64,000 nt of DNA, taken from the NCBI RefSeq assembly GCF_006345805.1, contig NC_043015.1, positions 49,414,001-49,478,000 on the forward strand, written 5' to 3'. Below the pieces are notes generated by a model. The model was given only the letters and a program-made list of their open reading frames with translations, was not told where the DNA came from and did not search any database. Source of the stretch: Octopus sinensis (Eukaryota). Shown piece after piece: positions 38,895-50,706 of this stretch; positions within the stretch are counted from its first letter, which is position 1, and each line of letters opens with the position of its first letter. A program made the position numbers and the translations under genes.

Positions 38895-38942
38895 TTAGCT
38901 TACAGCTGTTTCTGCTTTAAGAAGTAGTACGCGCAGAGCTAA
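38895..38942 (-). ncRNA. Hammerhead-shaped scaffold with non-canonical core
   Basis: TTAGCT-CTGCGCG-TACT..AGCA-GAAA-CAGCTG-TA-AGCTAA. Confidence 0.4.
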
Positions 38943-38959
38943 GTGCAAATGTGTATATA

Positions 38960-39102
38960 CGAACCACATGGTTCCGGGTTCAGTCCCACCGCGTGGCACC
39001 TTGGGCAAGTGTCTTCTACTATAACTTCGGGCCGACCAAAGCCTTGTGGGTGGATTTGGTAGACAGAAACTGAAAGAAGCCCGTCGTATATATGTATGTA
39101 TA

Positions 39103-39138
<36 letters not shown>

Positions 39139-39287
39139 TGTATGTTTGTGTATATGTTTGTGTGTCTATGTTTGTACCCCCAACATCGCTTGACAACCGA
39201 TGCTGGTCTGTTTACGTCCCCGTAAGCTAGCGGTTCGGCAAAAGAGACCGACAGAATAAGTACTCAGCTTACAAAGAATAAGTCCTG
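38960..39287 (+). mobile_element. SINE-A, both ends clipped
   Basis: Match to SINE-A body. Confidence 0.88.
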
Positions 39288-39605
39288 CCCACAAGGGGCT
39301 AAACATAGGGGGGATAAACAAGGACAGACAAATGGATTAAGTCGATTACATCGGCCCCAGTGCGTAACTGGTACTTAATTTATCGACCCCGACAGGATGA
39401 AAGGCAAAGTCGACCTCGGCGGAATTTGAACTCACAAAGACAAACGAATTAAGTCGATTATATCGGCCCCAGTGCGTAACTGGTACTTATTTAATCGACC
39501 CCCGACGGGATGAAAGGCAAAGTCGACCTCGGCGGAATTTGAACTCACAAAGACAAACGGATTAAGTCGATTATATCAACCCCAGGGCGTAACTGGTACT
39601 TAATC
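39288..39605 (-). mobile_element. SINE-B tandem internal units
   Basis: Repeated ~120-bp Meta-like blocks. Confidence 0.85.
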
Positions 39606-40135
39606 GTTGTTTATGATACTGAGAATAAATATTTTTACATTGCTGTGACGCAGCCTTAGCAACTCGATACAGCCTTTCAGTAACACAGAACCACAGTAAT
39701 GTTGCCTTTTGACTCGATCACTTTATTTTAGACCTCTTTACCGTATGATATGGAAGCCAGAAGGATGTCGGCTGAAACTCTCTCCATCCTTGGGTCGTAA
39801 TGCCTCTTTGCCTGTCCATAACAGTTTCGTTAGTTTGTCCAAAACGTCCATGCTTGTTTTCAGACTTTTAGTAAGTCCTTATTCTATGTATTCTGAGTAG
39901 CATAAAGCTTTCCTTTCGTAGATATCACGTTACACTGGTGGTTGGAAACAATTAGGAATGTGTATCAAATTTAATGTTGGACGTTCCGTGTCTCACATGT
40001 GATATACAGGACAGGTTAAGGGTTAATCGCTTGCTCAGTTTAACAACACCACTCATATGTTCTTATCTTTTAAGAACTTCGTCGTAGCGTATCGAAATCA
40101 CCTTATTTCTAAGGCATTCAATCATTCAGTTATTA

Positions 40136-40651
40136 CCGTAAATCCTCGAGTATAATCCGCATTTTTCCTCCAAAATTTAATGGTCAAAATCCCTAATGCG
40201 TACTATATACGAGGTTAAAAATGATAGATATTTTCTAAGCAATGTCCGAGTCTCTATTTGCTGTCCGGCAATGTTTATTCAGACGCATTTTGTGATGTCA
40301 GGCGCGAAAATACCTTAAGCTAAGCCTGAAAGCAATGAAGTCATAAAAGAATCATCCATAACTTGCAGTAAGCAGCATTTATTAAACGTTATTACTGTTA
40401 TTTCTTTATTTTCTGCAAACAAAATGCACAAAAAAGCTACACGTTTGCATTATGTTATATATACAATAATAATAATAAAGGACATTATCATATACATTTT
40501 TACAAACCAAGGACGTTATATAGACCTCCTTAGCGCAAGTTAGAGAAGGGGTGCGTTTTATACTCAAGGTTTAGGTTTTTTCAGAGGTACAGCCTCCTAA
40601 AAATCCCCTGCGTATTATACTCAAGGGCGAACTATACTCGAGAATTTACGG
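40136..40651. mobile_element. Tc2/pogo-like MITE
   Basis: TIRs CCGTAAAT(C/T)CTCGAGTATA (18/19 match), TA at both flanks, subterminal GCG..TATACTC repeats, no ORF. Confidence 0.88.
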
Positions 40652-41247
40652 TACCAACATCTATCAGACGATTTAAAGATGTATTAAATAGACATTAGGA
40701 GTGTGTCTAATACGTTTGATGACGCATTATTTGTAACTGTTACATTATAAACGGAACGCTAACGCGTGTTTACCTCAAGCAAATTCCTTACAACTTTCAC
40801 TTAATTTTTAATTTCTGTTTCTCAAAAGAAACTTCACACAATGCAGCATATCTAAACTAGCCTTGAATCTATTACCGGCAGGAAGAAGTCGGCCAAAGAA
40901 GGACGGGTTCTTTAGATTGTCTATTTTCACATCGAGCCATGTGAATAATTCCCATGAGAAGATTGAGGCCAAGTTCTGCAGTTTCGTTCATTATTGGCTT
41001 TGCTGTTGTTAAGTTACTAAAAATATACACCAAGCTGTCTTAGCAATGGCGTCCTTTACGAGGAACGATTGTTTTTATGAATATCTGCGTAGGTTTTGAC
41101 AATATCAAAATAGCCATTTCTTAATCGATGTAAAGTGAATCCCGGGAAGACATTCTCTTTCCTGTCTTCTTTCTCTCCGCCTTGTTACATATATACATGC
41201 GCGCATACACACACACACACAACACACACACACACACACACACACAT

Positions 41248-41279
<32 letters not shown>

Positions 41280-41429
41280 TTATATTAATCAAAGGAATTC
41301 CAGCTTTGTGTGATTACAACTGCAGTTGTAAATTGTAAAACATAGCTGTCAGTACTATATATGAACCTGGAGATTGCGTAGCTTAATGCAAGAAATTACG
41401 AGTTCAATCAGAGTTCTATCATTTCATTA

Positions 41430-41540
41430 TATTATATTATATCATATCATATTATATTATATTATATTATAACATATTATATTATATTATATTATACTAT
41501 ATTATATTATTATATTATATTATACTATATTATATCAGAT
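41430..41540. repeat. (TATTA)n
   Basis: Direct reading. Confidence 0.9.
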
Positions 41541-41697
41541 TGCATTATTATAATAAAACAGGAAAATCAAAGTTGGATTTCCCTTCATTGATATATTCTT
41601 CTATACACACTCAGCCGTGTATACGCACACACACCCGTGTATACGCACAGCCGTGTATACACAGCCGTGTATACGCACACACACACGTATATATGTA

Positions 41698-41905
41698 GGT
41701 CGCGTGTGTACCGTTGGCGATTTTTTTCCTCCGTCTTCCCTTCTTTGGATCTTTCCTTTTCCTATGTTTCTGACGAAGAGCTCCGCTCGAAACGTTAAAC
41801 CCTCCTTCTTTCCTTCTTTCCTGAGCGTCCAATAATACTATACATGTTCCACGTCTTCGCGTTGTTGTGTTTTCTCTTTGTGTTTTCATGTTTGGATTAA
41901 CTTTA
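41698..41905 (+). mobile_element. Short Penelope pLTR-like unit carrying a hammerhead
   Basis: Homologous to 13921-14096; ends at (TA)n. Confidence 0.65.
41766..41800 (+). ncRNA. Minimal type I hammerhead ribozyme
   Basis: GTTT-CTGACGA-A-GAGC-TCC-GCTC-GAAA-CG-TT-AAAC; palindromic ACGT stem III. Confidence 0.75.
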
Positions 41906-41914
41906 TATATACAC

Positions 41915-42037
<123 letters not shown>

Positions 42038-42039
42038 TG

Positions 42040-42198
42040 TGTGTGTGTGTCTGTGCTTGTCCCCCAACATGCTCGTAACCGATAGAATAAGTACTAGGCT
42101 TACAGAGAATAAGTCCTGGGGTCGATTTGCCCGACTAAATGTGGTGCCCCAGCATGGCCGCAGTCAAATAACTGAAACAAGTAAAAGAGTAAAAAGTA
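42040..42198 (+). mobile_element. SINE-A 3' part
   Basis: Tail match. Confidence 0.8.
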
Positions 42199-42204
42199 AC
42201 AGAA

Positions 42205-42453
42205 ATATTGTTCCCCCCAGCTGGACGCGTCGCCACCCCATCGCAGTGTTACTCAAGAAACCAGAAGAGAGAGTGAGAGAAAGTTGGAGCGAAAGAGTAC
42301 AACAGGGGTCACCACCACCCCACCCCCCTGCCGGAGCCTCGTGGAGCTTAGGTGCTTTTGCTCAATAAACACACAACGCCCGGTCTGGGAATCGAAACCG
42401 CTATCCCCCAACCGCGAGTCCGATGCCCTAACCACTGGGCCATTGCGCCTCCA
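42205..42453 (-). mobile_element. SINE-C head with truncated tail X
   Basis: TGGAGGCGCAATGGCCCAGTGGTTAGGGC head, B box GTTTCGATTCCC. Confidence 0.85.
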
Positions 42454-42466
42454 CTACTCTCTGTTA

Positions 42467-42778
42467 TCACCGTGATCACCGTGACCGACCAGGCTATCAG
42501 GTGCTGCTACACATCGCTGGTCACAATGCGCTTCGCATTGTTTTAGCCTTCAAATGACGCCACCCCGCTGGCTAAGCGAGCAGGCCAACAGAAGAAAGAG
42601 TGAGAGAAAGTTGTGGCGAAAGAGTACTGCAGGGATCGCCACCACCCCCTGCCGGAGCCTCGTGGAGCTTTTAGGTGTTTTCGCTCAATAAACACACACA
42701 ACGCCCAGTCTGGGAATCGAAACCGCTATCCTCCGACCGCGAGTCAGCTGCCCTAACCACTGGGCCATTGCGCCTCCA
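42467..42778 (-). mobile_element. SINE-C head with tail Y (RTE-like, (CACGGTGAT)n end)
   Basis: Same head, different 3' module. Confidence 0.85.
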
Positions 42779-42785
42779 CCAATAA

Positions 42786-43033
42786 ATGCGCCCTTTTAAA
42801 GCCTATCCAGGCTCACAGGCCCGGTTTCCCGGTTTCTATAGCATACGTGTTCCCCAGCTGGACGGGACGCCAGTCCATCGGAGCGTTACTCATTTTTGCC
42901 AGCTGAGTGGACTTGAGCAACTTGAAATGAAGTGTTTTGCTCAAGAAGAAAACGCGTCACTCAGTCCAGGAATCGTAACCACAATCTTACGATCATGGTG
43001 CTGACATCCTAACCACTAAGCCACGCGCCTCCA
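42786..43033 (-). mobile_element. SINE-E head with tail X
   Basis: TGGAGGCGCGTGGCTTAGTGGTTAGG head; GATGGACTGGCGTCCCGTCCAG..GAAACCGGG tail. Confidence 0.82.
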
Positions 43034-43220
43034 CACTATCTGTTATAGTGAGGCTTAATTTTTGTGACCGGTCATATACGTCTCTGCTTTTATAGACGAT
43101 AAATGACAGGTAAAGTCTTCACTTTTCGCCAGTCATTCGTAGTGTATGGGAATTAAAATGACTCCAAGCTAAATAGTGATCAAGCCAGTATCACACATTG
43201 CTGCTCGTTAACCTTTCGTT

Positions 43221-43470
43221 CGATATTCACCTGTCGGCGATATTTGATATTCATCTGAGAGAGATATATGACTATGACATTCACCTGACAATGATATATA
43301 AGATTATCTTAGCTGGGATATTTTACGTTCACCTGGTAAAAATACGTGACATTCACCTAGTAAAGACACGTAAGATTCACCTGATAAAAAGTACGCGACA
43401 GTTACCTGCTGAAAACGCGTAACATTCGCCGGTTAAAAGCGCATGGTATTCACTTGGTAAAGATATGTGG
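43221..43470. repeat. Degenerate 24-bp minisatellite
   Basis: Consensus about GACATTCACCTGGTAAAGATATGT, ~10 units. Confidence 0.75.
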
Positions 43471-43784
43471 TAGAGGTGCAATGGCCCAGTGGTTAGGACA
43501 GCAGACTCGCGGTCGGAGGATCGCGGTTTCGATTCCCAGATCGGGCGTTTTGTGTGTTTATTGAGCGAAAACACCTAAAAGCTCCACGAGGCTCCGGCAT
43601 GGGGTGGTGGTGAACCCTCTTGTACTCTTTCACCACAACTTTCTCTCACTCTCTCTTCCTGTTTCTTGAGTAACGCTGCGATGGGCTGGCGTCCCGTCCA
43701 GTTGGGGGGGGGGGAACACATACGCCACAGAAACCACGAAACCGGGCCCATGAGCCTGGCTAGGCTTGAAAAGGACGAAAAAAA
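43471..43784 (+). mobile_element. SINE-C head with full tail X
   Basis: Head and tail match; AAAGATATGTG on both flanks. Confidence 0.85.
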
Positions 43785-44052
43785 AAAGATATGTGACGGT
43801 CACATGACAGTGATAAGTGACGGAGATATTTTCAAACAAATAAAATAAAATATTTCAAGGAAATTAAACAAATACAAGGAGTACTGGAACAGATTGTTCT
43901 CAAATTCAGTTAACTCACTTCTTTGACAAAGAAATTAGCAATATTCTATCACAGCGCTTTCAAATTTACACCCCTAGCTGACGTTTAGTTTGATCTCTCG
44001 ACTCACTTTCATGAAAAAATATATTTTTATTTTTCAATTTTCAAAATATTCT

Positions 44053-44428
44053 TTTCTTTTCAGCTCTAGGAACAAGGCCCGAAATTTTGGGGGTGGGAGC
44101 CAGTCGATTAGACCGACCCCAGTACGCAACTGGTACTTCATTTAGCGACCCCAAAAAGATGAACTCAGAACGTTACGACAGACGAAATACCTATTTCCTT
44201 ACTACCCACAATGGGCTAAACACAGAGAGGATAAACAAGGACAGACAAACGGATTAAGTCGATTATATCGACCCCAGTGCGTAACTGGTACTTAATTTAT
44301 CGACCCCGAAAGGATGAAAGACGAAGTCGACTAGGCTTACAAAGAATAAGTCCTGGGGTCGATTTGCTCGACTAAAGGCGGTGCTCCAGCATCGCCGCAG
44401 TCAACTGACTGAAACAAGTAAAAGAGAT
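44053..44428. mobile_element. SINE-B (-, 44053-44330) fused to SINE-A tail (+, 44331-44428)
   Basis: Abrupt junction AAGTCGAC|TAGGCTTACAAAG. Confidence 0.82.
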
Positions 44429-44978
44429 ACTACTGAGGTTCCCCAGTCTACTATCTTGCCGAGCTGTCCCCACAAGATCTTATATGAATCATTGTTTTAA
44501 AGACTTTTACATAATAGGACTAATGGAGATGAAGTTTTCTCTCACACCTCTGCACGCAGTCTTCGCTGACACCTCATATTTTTCCCTATATTTATTGTTA
44601 ATACAGTCATTATAATGTATATTAAACTCTATATTCATTTTCTTCGTCTTACATTACAATAGGTTTTTATTTTAGGCATAATTGTCTCCATTTTGCCCCC
44701 CCCCCCCCAGATCTAGTTTCTGCACGGCAAAACGAGTTTGACATCTCTGAAAATGCCTCCTTAGTGTTCTCGATAAAAGCAGAGCGACACCTTGTAATGA
44801 AGCGAATATGGCAATGGTGATTAAGACTCGTGTGGGCGTTACGGACTTTCGCCATTGGCTTAAATGACAAAAGTATTCATCACAGAGCATGTATTCAGTT
44901 ACATTATTATTGTTTTTTAAATATCAATTTACAATATCACAAAATATTCTCGTAGACATACTCGTAGACATATTCTCG

Positions 44979-45395
44979 TAGGCGCAGGAGTGGCTGTGTG
45001 GTAAGTAGCTTTTTACCAACCACATGGTTCCGAGTTCAGTCCCACTGCGTGGCACCTTGGGCAAGTGTCTTCTACTATAGCCTCGGGCCGACCAAAGCCT
45101 TGTGAGTGGATTTGGTAGACGGAAACTGAAAAGAAGCCCGTCATATATATGTGTATATATATATATGCGTGTGTGTGTTTGTGTGTCTGTGTTTGTCCCC
45201 CCTAGCATTGCTTGACAACCGATGCTGCTGTGTTTATGTCCCCGTTACTTAACGGTTCGGCAAAAGAGACCGATAGAATAAGTACTGGGCTTACAAAAAG
45301 AATAAGTCCCGGGTCGAGTTGGTCGATTAAAGGTGGTGCTCCAGCATGGCCGCAGTCAAATGACTGAAACAAGTAAAAGAGTAAAAGAGAGAGAG
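44979..45395 (+). mobile_element. SINE-A full length
   Basis: Complete head, body and tail. Confidence 0.92.
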
Positions 45396-45794
45396 TATAC
45401 TCATAAATGAGAAGCTCTGAAAGCGAGAACTGCACTTGACGGGTTCTTTATTTCATCGACCTCTTGAAGATAAACATCAAAATCAATGCTTACAGAACTT
45501 GAGAAGTGAAGGTACCTTAACACTAAAACGTACCCCTCTGGTCCTCCCACAGAATCTTCAACACCACTATTTTATAAAATACTTCAGTTTTCGTACTGAA
45601 AGAATCGAGTAGGTATATAATCGATTGAACTGATACCAGTATATGACTGGTATCATTTATTGATGTTTGACAGAAGAGGGGAGCTGAAGTAATCTATTTT
45701 CTTGCTGTTTCAGTCAGAGCAATAAAATCTAAAAGGAAAAAAAAATGTTCCTCGTCATTCCAATTTGATTTTGCTTTCTTTTGTGTGCTATATT

Positions 45795-46110
45795 GCAGGC
45801 GTAGTAGTTAGGGTTTTCAGCTCGCGATCGTTTTTAGTCGCGAGTTCGACGCCTGGCGGTGAGCTGTATTTTTGAGCAAGACAATATTTCACGTTGCTCC
45901 AGTCTGTTCACCTGGCGAAAAAGAGATGTACCTGTAATTTCAAAATGACCGACCTTGTCACATTCTGTGTCACGCTGAATCTTCTTCAGAACTACGTTAA
46001 GGGCACGCATGTTTATGGAGTACTCAGCCACTTCCGGGTTGATATCATGAGCAGACTGTTTCCTTGACCCGATCGGTTGGAACCCCCGTCGTCGTAACCG
46101 ACGGAATGCT
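45795..46110 (+). mobile_element. SINE-E head with tail Z, diverged
   Basis: B box GAGTTCGACGCC, TTGAGCAAGACA..TTTCACGTTGCTCCAGTC shared with 42786-43033. Confidence 0.65.
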
Positions 46111-46329
46111 AGTTCTGCGGATCATCAGTTGGGGTTCGATCCCAGAAGGAGCGTATACGAAAAATTGTGGTTCTCAGAGTTATCAACCCTAATGTTCATT
46201 TTATGACGAAAAGTCTTCCAGTTATGACCATCCAGGCATAATGCACCAATGACTACATTACCCAATGACTTCTTTCCCTTTTAAAAATGTAAATTATGAT
46301 TACGAGTTTATGTTCTTAGTTGAAATGCT

Positions 46330-46685
46330 GCCGGAGTTCACTTTGTCTTTCATCTTTTTGTGGGGGTCGATAAAATAAGTGCCAGTTGAGCATTTTGGTC
46401 GATGTAATCGACTTCTCAGACCCTCCCCGAGATTGCTGGCCTTGTGCCAAAATCTGAAATCATTATGTGCGGCAGCGAGTTGGCAGAATCGTTACCGCGC
46501 CGGGCACCAATGATTAGCGGCATTTCGTCCGCTTTTATATTCTGAGTTCAAATTTCGCATAGGTTGACTTTGCTTTTCATCCTTTAGAGGTCAATAAAAT
46601 AAGTATCAGTTAAGTGCTGGAGTCGAGGTAATCGACTTACGTCCTTTCACCAAATTGCTGGCCGTGTGTCTGAATTTAAAACGAA
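46330..46685 (+). mobile_element. Two old SINE-B copies
   Basis: Diverged Meta-like domains. Confidence 0.7.
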
Positions 46686-46789
46686 TATGTAAGTTACGAT
46701 TTGAGGAAGATTTAGTTGCTGTTTCATGCAGGCTGAGAAACCACGCAGTGACTTCTTCGGTTCGTGTAAGCAATATAATATTGATTTCA

Positions 46790-47458
46790 ACTTTTGGCCC
46801 AAGGCCAATCATTTCGAAGAAGGGGGTAAGTTGATTACATTCGACCTCAGTGCTTACTCTTTACTCTTTACTCTTTTACTTGTTTCAGTCATTTGACTGC
46901 GGCCATGCTGGAGCACCGCCTTTAGTCGAGCACATCGACCCCAGGACTTATTCTTTGTAAGCCTAGTACTTATTCTATCGGTCTCTTTTGTCGAACCGCT
47001 AGGTTACGGGGATATAGACACCCAGCATCGGTTTCAAGCGATGTTGGGGGGACAAACACAGAAACCACAACGCACACACACACACACACACCACACACAC
47101 ACATATATATATATAATATATATATATTATATCTATAATATATATAATACATATAACGACGGGCTTCTTTCAGTTTCTGTCTACCAAATACTCACAAACT
47201 TTGGGTCGGCCCGAGGCTATAGTAGAAGACACTTGCCCAAGTGCCACGCAGTGGGACTGAACCCAGAACCATGTGGTTGGTAAGCAAGCTACTTACCACA
47301 CACACCCACACCTGCTTAACTGATATTTGTTTAATCGAACCTGAAAGGATAAAAGGTAAAATCGACCTCAGCGGAATTTGAACGCAGACCGTAAAGACGG
47401 ACGGAATGACGCTACGTATTTTGCCTGACGTTTGAACGATTCTGCCACCTCGTCGCCT
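46790..47458 (-). mobile_element. SINE-B interrupted by SINE-A (46853-47312, -)
   Basis: SINE-B halves join across the insertion; TGCTTA on both sides. Confidence 0.82.
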
Positions 47459-47559
47459 TGTAAGAAATATAATATTAAACGTTGGCTGTAGGGGAACTGT
47501 TCAATTCAGAAGTTTTCGGTAAATGCCTTGTGATGGGAAATCGCAATCTACTAAAAGGA

Positions 47560-48154
47560 TCTTTTCTACTCTAGGCACAAGGTCCGAAATTTTGGGGGAG
47601 GGAGCCAACCGATTAGATCGACCCCAGTACTCAACTGGTACTTAATCCATCGACCCCGAAAGGAAAGGATGAAAGGCAAAGTGGACCTCGGCGGAATTTG
47701 AACTCAGAACGTAGCGGCAGACGAATTACTTATTTCTTTACTACCCACAAGGGGCTATACACAGAGGGGACAAACAAGGACAGACAAACGGATTAAGTTG
47801 ATTATATCGATCCCAGTGCGTAACTGGTACTTAATTTAATCGACCCCGAAAGGATGAAAGGCAAGTTTGAAAGGCAAACTCGGCGGAGTTTGAACTCAGA
47901 ACGTAGCGGCAGACGAAATGCCTATTTCTTTACTACCCACAAGGGGCTATACACAGAGGGGACAAACAAGGACAGACAAACGGATTAAGTCGATTATATC
48001 GATCCCAGTGCGTAGATGGTACTTAATTTAATCGACCCCGAAATGATGAAAAGCAAAGCCGACCTCGACGGAATTTGAACTCAGAACGTAGCGGCAGACG
48101 ACATACCACTAAGCATTTCGCCTGGCGTGCTAACGTTTCTGCCAGCTCACCGCC
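47560..48154 (-). mobile_element. SINE-B with three internal units and TSD
   Basis: AATCTACTAA at 47545-47554 and 48157-48166. Confidence 0.9.
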
Positions 48155-48539
48155 TTAATCTACTAAGAGCATAACGCAAAGCTGATTTAGCAAGTTAAAT
48201 ACCCAATAAGTACAGGAAAAGAAATTTTGTCTTGGTTTGACTAGCAAACCAGTAGATATCCTTATTTTTAGGTAGGCACAAATTCTGCTAAGCGTTGAGG
48301 GAGGTTTTGAGTGCTTATCGTGGCTTTAAATGGGGCGTGAACCGTAAACGATAATAGCCAACTTGTCTGGCTAAGATGAATTATTAGCCTTTTAAAAACC
48401 AATCCAGGTTATTTACGCACAATATTTTCTTTTGTTGTAGTAGATGGGTGGGGTGGGGAGCATAAGTGACACGAGCAGTATATTACTGGTATCTATTGTA
48501 TCCAATACGAGGTGAGGGATGGAGGGGGGCAGAGTCAAA

Positions 48540-48763
48540 CTTTTATCTTTTATCATATACTTGTTTCAGGCAGAAGACTGTGGCCACGCTGGGGTACTAG
48601 CTTGAAGAATTTTTAGTCAAATGAATCGACCCCAGTGCCTTTTCTTTTTCCTGTGCCTGGTATTTACTCTATCGGTCTTTTTGCCGAACCGCTAAGTTAC
48701 GGGGGACATAAACACACCAACACCGGTTGTCAAGCGGTTGTGGCGTACAAACACAGACACAAA

Positions 48764-48799
<36 letters not shown>

Positions 48800-49069
48800 T
48801 ACTCTCTTTTCTTTTGCTCTCTTTTACTTGTTTCAGTCATTTGACTGTGACCATGCTAGAATATCGCCTTTAGTCGAGCAAATCGACCCCAGGACTTATT
48901 CTTTGTAAGCCGAGTACTTATTCTATCGGACTCTTTTGCCGAACCTTCAAGTTACGGGGACGTAAACACCACCAGCATCGCTTGTTAAGCGATTTTGGGG
49001 GGACAAACACAAACACACATACATATACACACGTACATACATATTATATATATATATTATATATATATA

Positions 49070-49107
<38 letters not shown>

Positions 49108-49155
49108 TACATATATATATATATTTATTTATATATATATATTATATATATAATC

Positions 49156-49200
<45 letters not shown>

Positions 49201-49300
49201 TACGACGGGATTCTTTCAGTTTCCGTCTACCAAATCCACTCACAGGGCTTTGGTCGGCCCGAGGCTATCGTAGAAGACACTTGCCCAAGCTGCCACGCAA
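48540..49300 (-). mobile_element. Two SINE-A copies (48540-48790 old; 48818-49300)
   Basis: Two tails, one CORE-like segment. Confidence 0.82.
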
Positions 49301-49905
49301 TGGGACAATCTCGACAAAGTTTGAACTCAGTACGTAAAAAGAAGACGAATCTAAATAATGCTAGTCGTTTATTGCGATACCCTGTCTCCTTCGTATACCC
49401 TGTACCACCCTTAACGAAATGCAATTATAGAAAATGTGGAAGGAAAATGACAAACATATGGCAGCAGGAAATGGGTGGAGAAAGTCAGTCAAAGAATGAT
49501 ACAGAAATTTTTATTTTGTCTTCGTCTTTTTCTTTTTTTTTCTCCCCTTCTTTTGTATTTGGGTTTTGCAATCCTTCGTGTGTGTTGTAATTTAATAAAT
49601 ATTTTAGTTAACATGAAAAATATAGGTGATATTGATAGAGAGGGGAGGAGATCTTGCAGAGTGGGTTGGGGGCGAAAGACTACAATTAAAGCTTATTTAT
49701 GCTGAATGTTTCGGCGCATTCCTCTGCATGATACTTGGCTCCTACTTTAGAGCGAGGTCCTATGTACTTGGTGAGCGAATACTGCGCTCGTCCTAGATTC
49801 AATGGCGTTACGTGATTCACAAATATTCCCTTTTCCACTGGGGATAGAAGCGTCAACCTAGCGTACGTTTACTTCAAGTGTGTGTATAGATAGATAGATA
49901 GAAAA

Positions 49906-49981
<76 letters not shown>

Positions 49982-50051
49982 CTCAAAGACAGAAATTTAA
50001 ATTCACGGGTTTCCTTATTCAAAATTACTACAATTGTTTTAGAATATTGTC

Positions 50052-50091
<40 letters not shown>

Positions 50092-50245
50092 GGGGATAAG
50101 AAAAATCAACGAAAATGCACATTGTAAATAAAAAAGGAAAGGCCTTTTATGAATGGTAACGACAGATATATACATATAGATGGACTAAGGTAGTAATAAC
50201 AGTCATATAAGTCATTATTATGAGATGATTAAAAAGTTAGAAAAA

Positions 50246-50287
50246 CAAAGCATACCATGGTTTCGTCATAAGCTATTCATTCCTTTG
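50246..50287 (-). ncRNA. Minimal hammerhead with A3-U8 variant core, inside a short unit (about 50088-50310) flanked by (TA)n
   Basis: CAAAGGA-ATGAATA-GCTTATGAC-GAAA-CCATGG-TA-TGCTTTG. Confidence 0.62.
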
Positions 50288-50675
50288 AATAAACACCGGC
50301 TAATGAACCATATATATATATATATATCATATATTATTTAATTATTGGTATTTAGACGTGAAAATATGGAATATTTCTTCCAGGCATAAACTGCATTTTT
50401 ATTCCCAATTATGTAAGGTTCTGTTCTGCCGTCGATTTCCCATTTTGTATCAAATCTGGTGTTTTTATCCTTTAGGGACCAAATAAATTTAGGTGGGGCT
50501 ATTTAGTACCTATACATACATATATACATTCATACATACCTACATATATACACATAGATACATGCATACATACACACATATACATACACATACATACATA
50601 CATACTTACATACATACATACATACTTACATACACACATACATACATACATACATACATACATACATACATACAT

Positions 50676-50704
<29 letters not shown>

Positions 50705-50706
<2 letters not shown>

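Noticed and set aside
43221-43470. CRISPR-like short repeats (also 56136-56250, 3590-4093)
   Set aside because: Contiguous degenerate units with no unique spacers, no cas genes, and a eukaryotic context.
49705-49800. GGACGA-GCGCA..TGCGC-C-GAAA on the minus strand
   Set aside because: The core start is wrong and stems I and III cannot both form.
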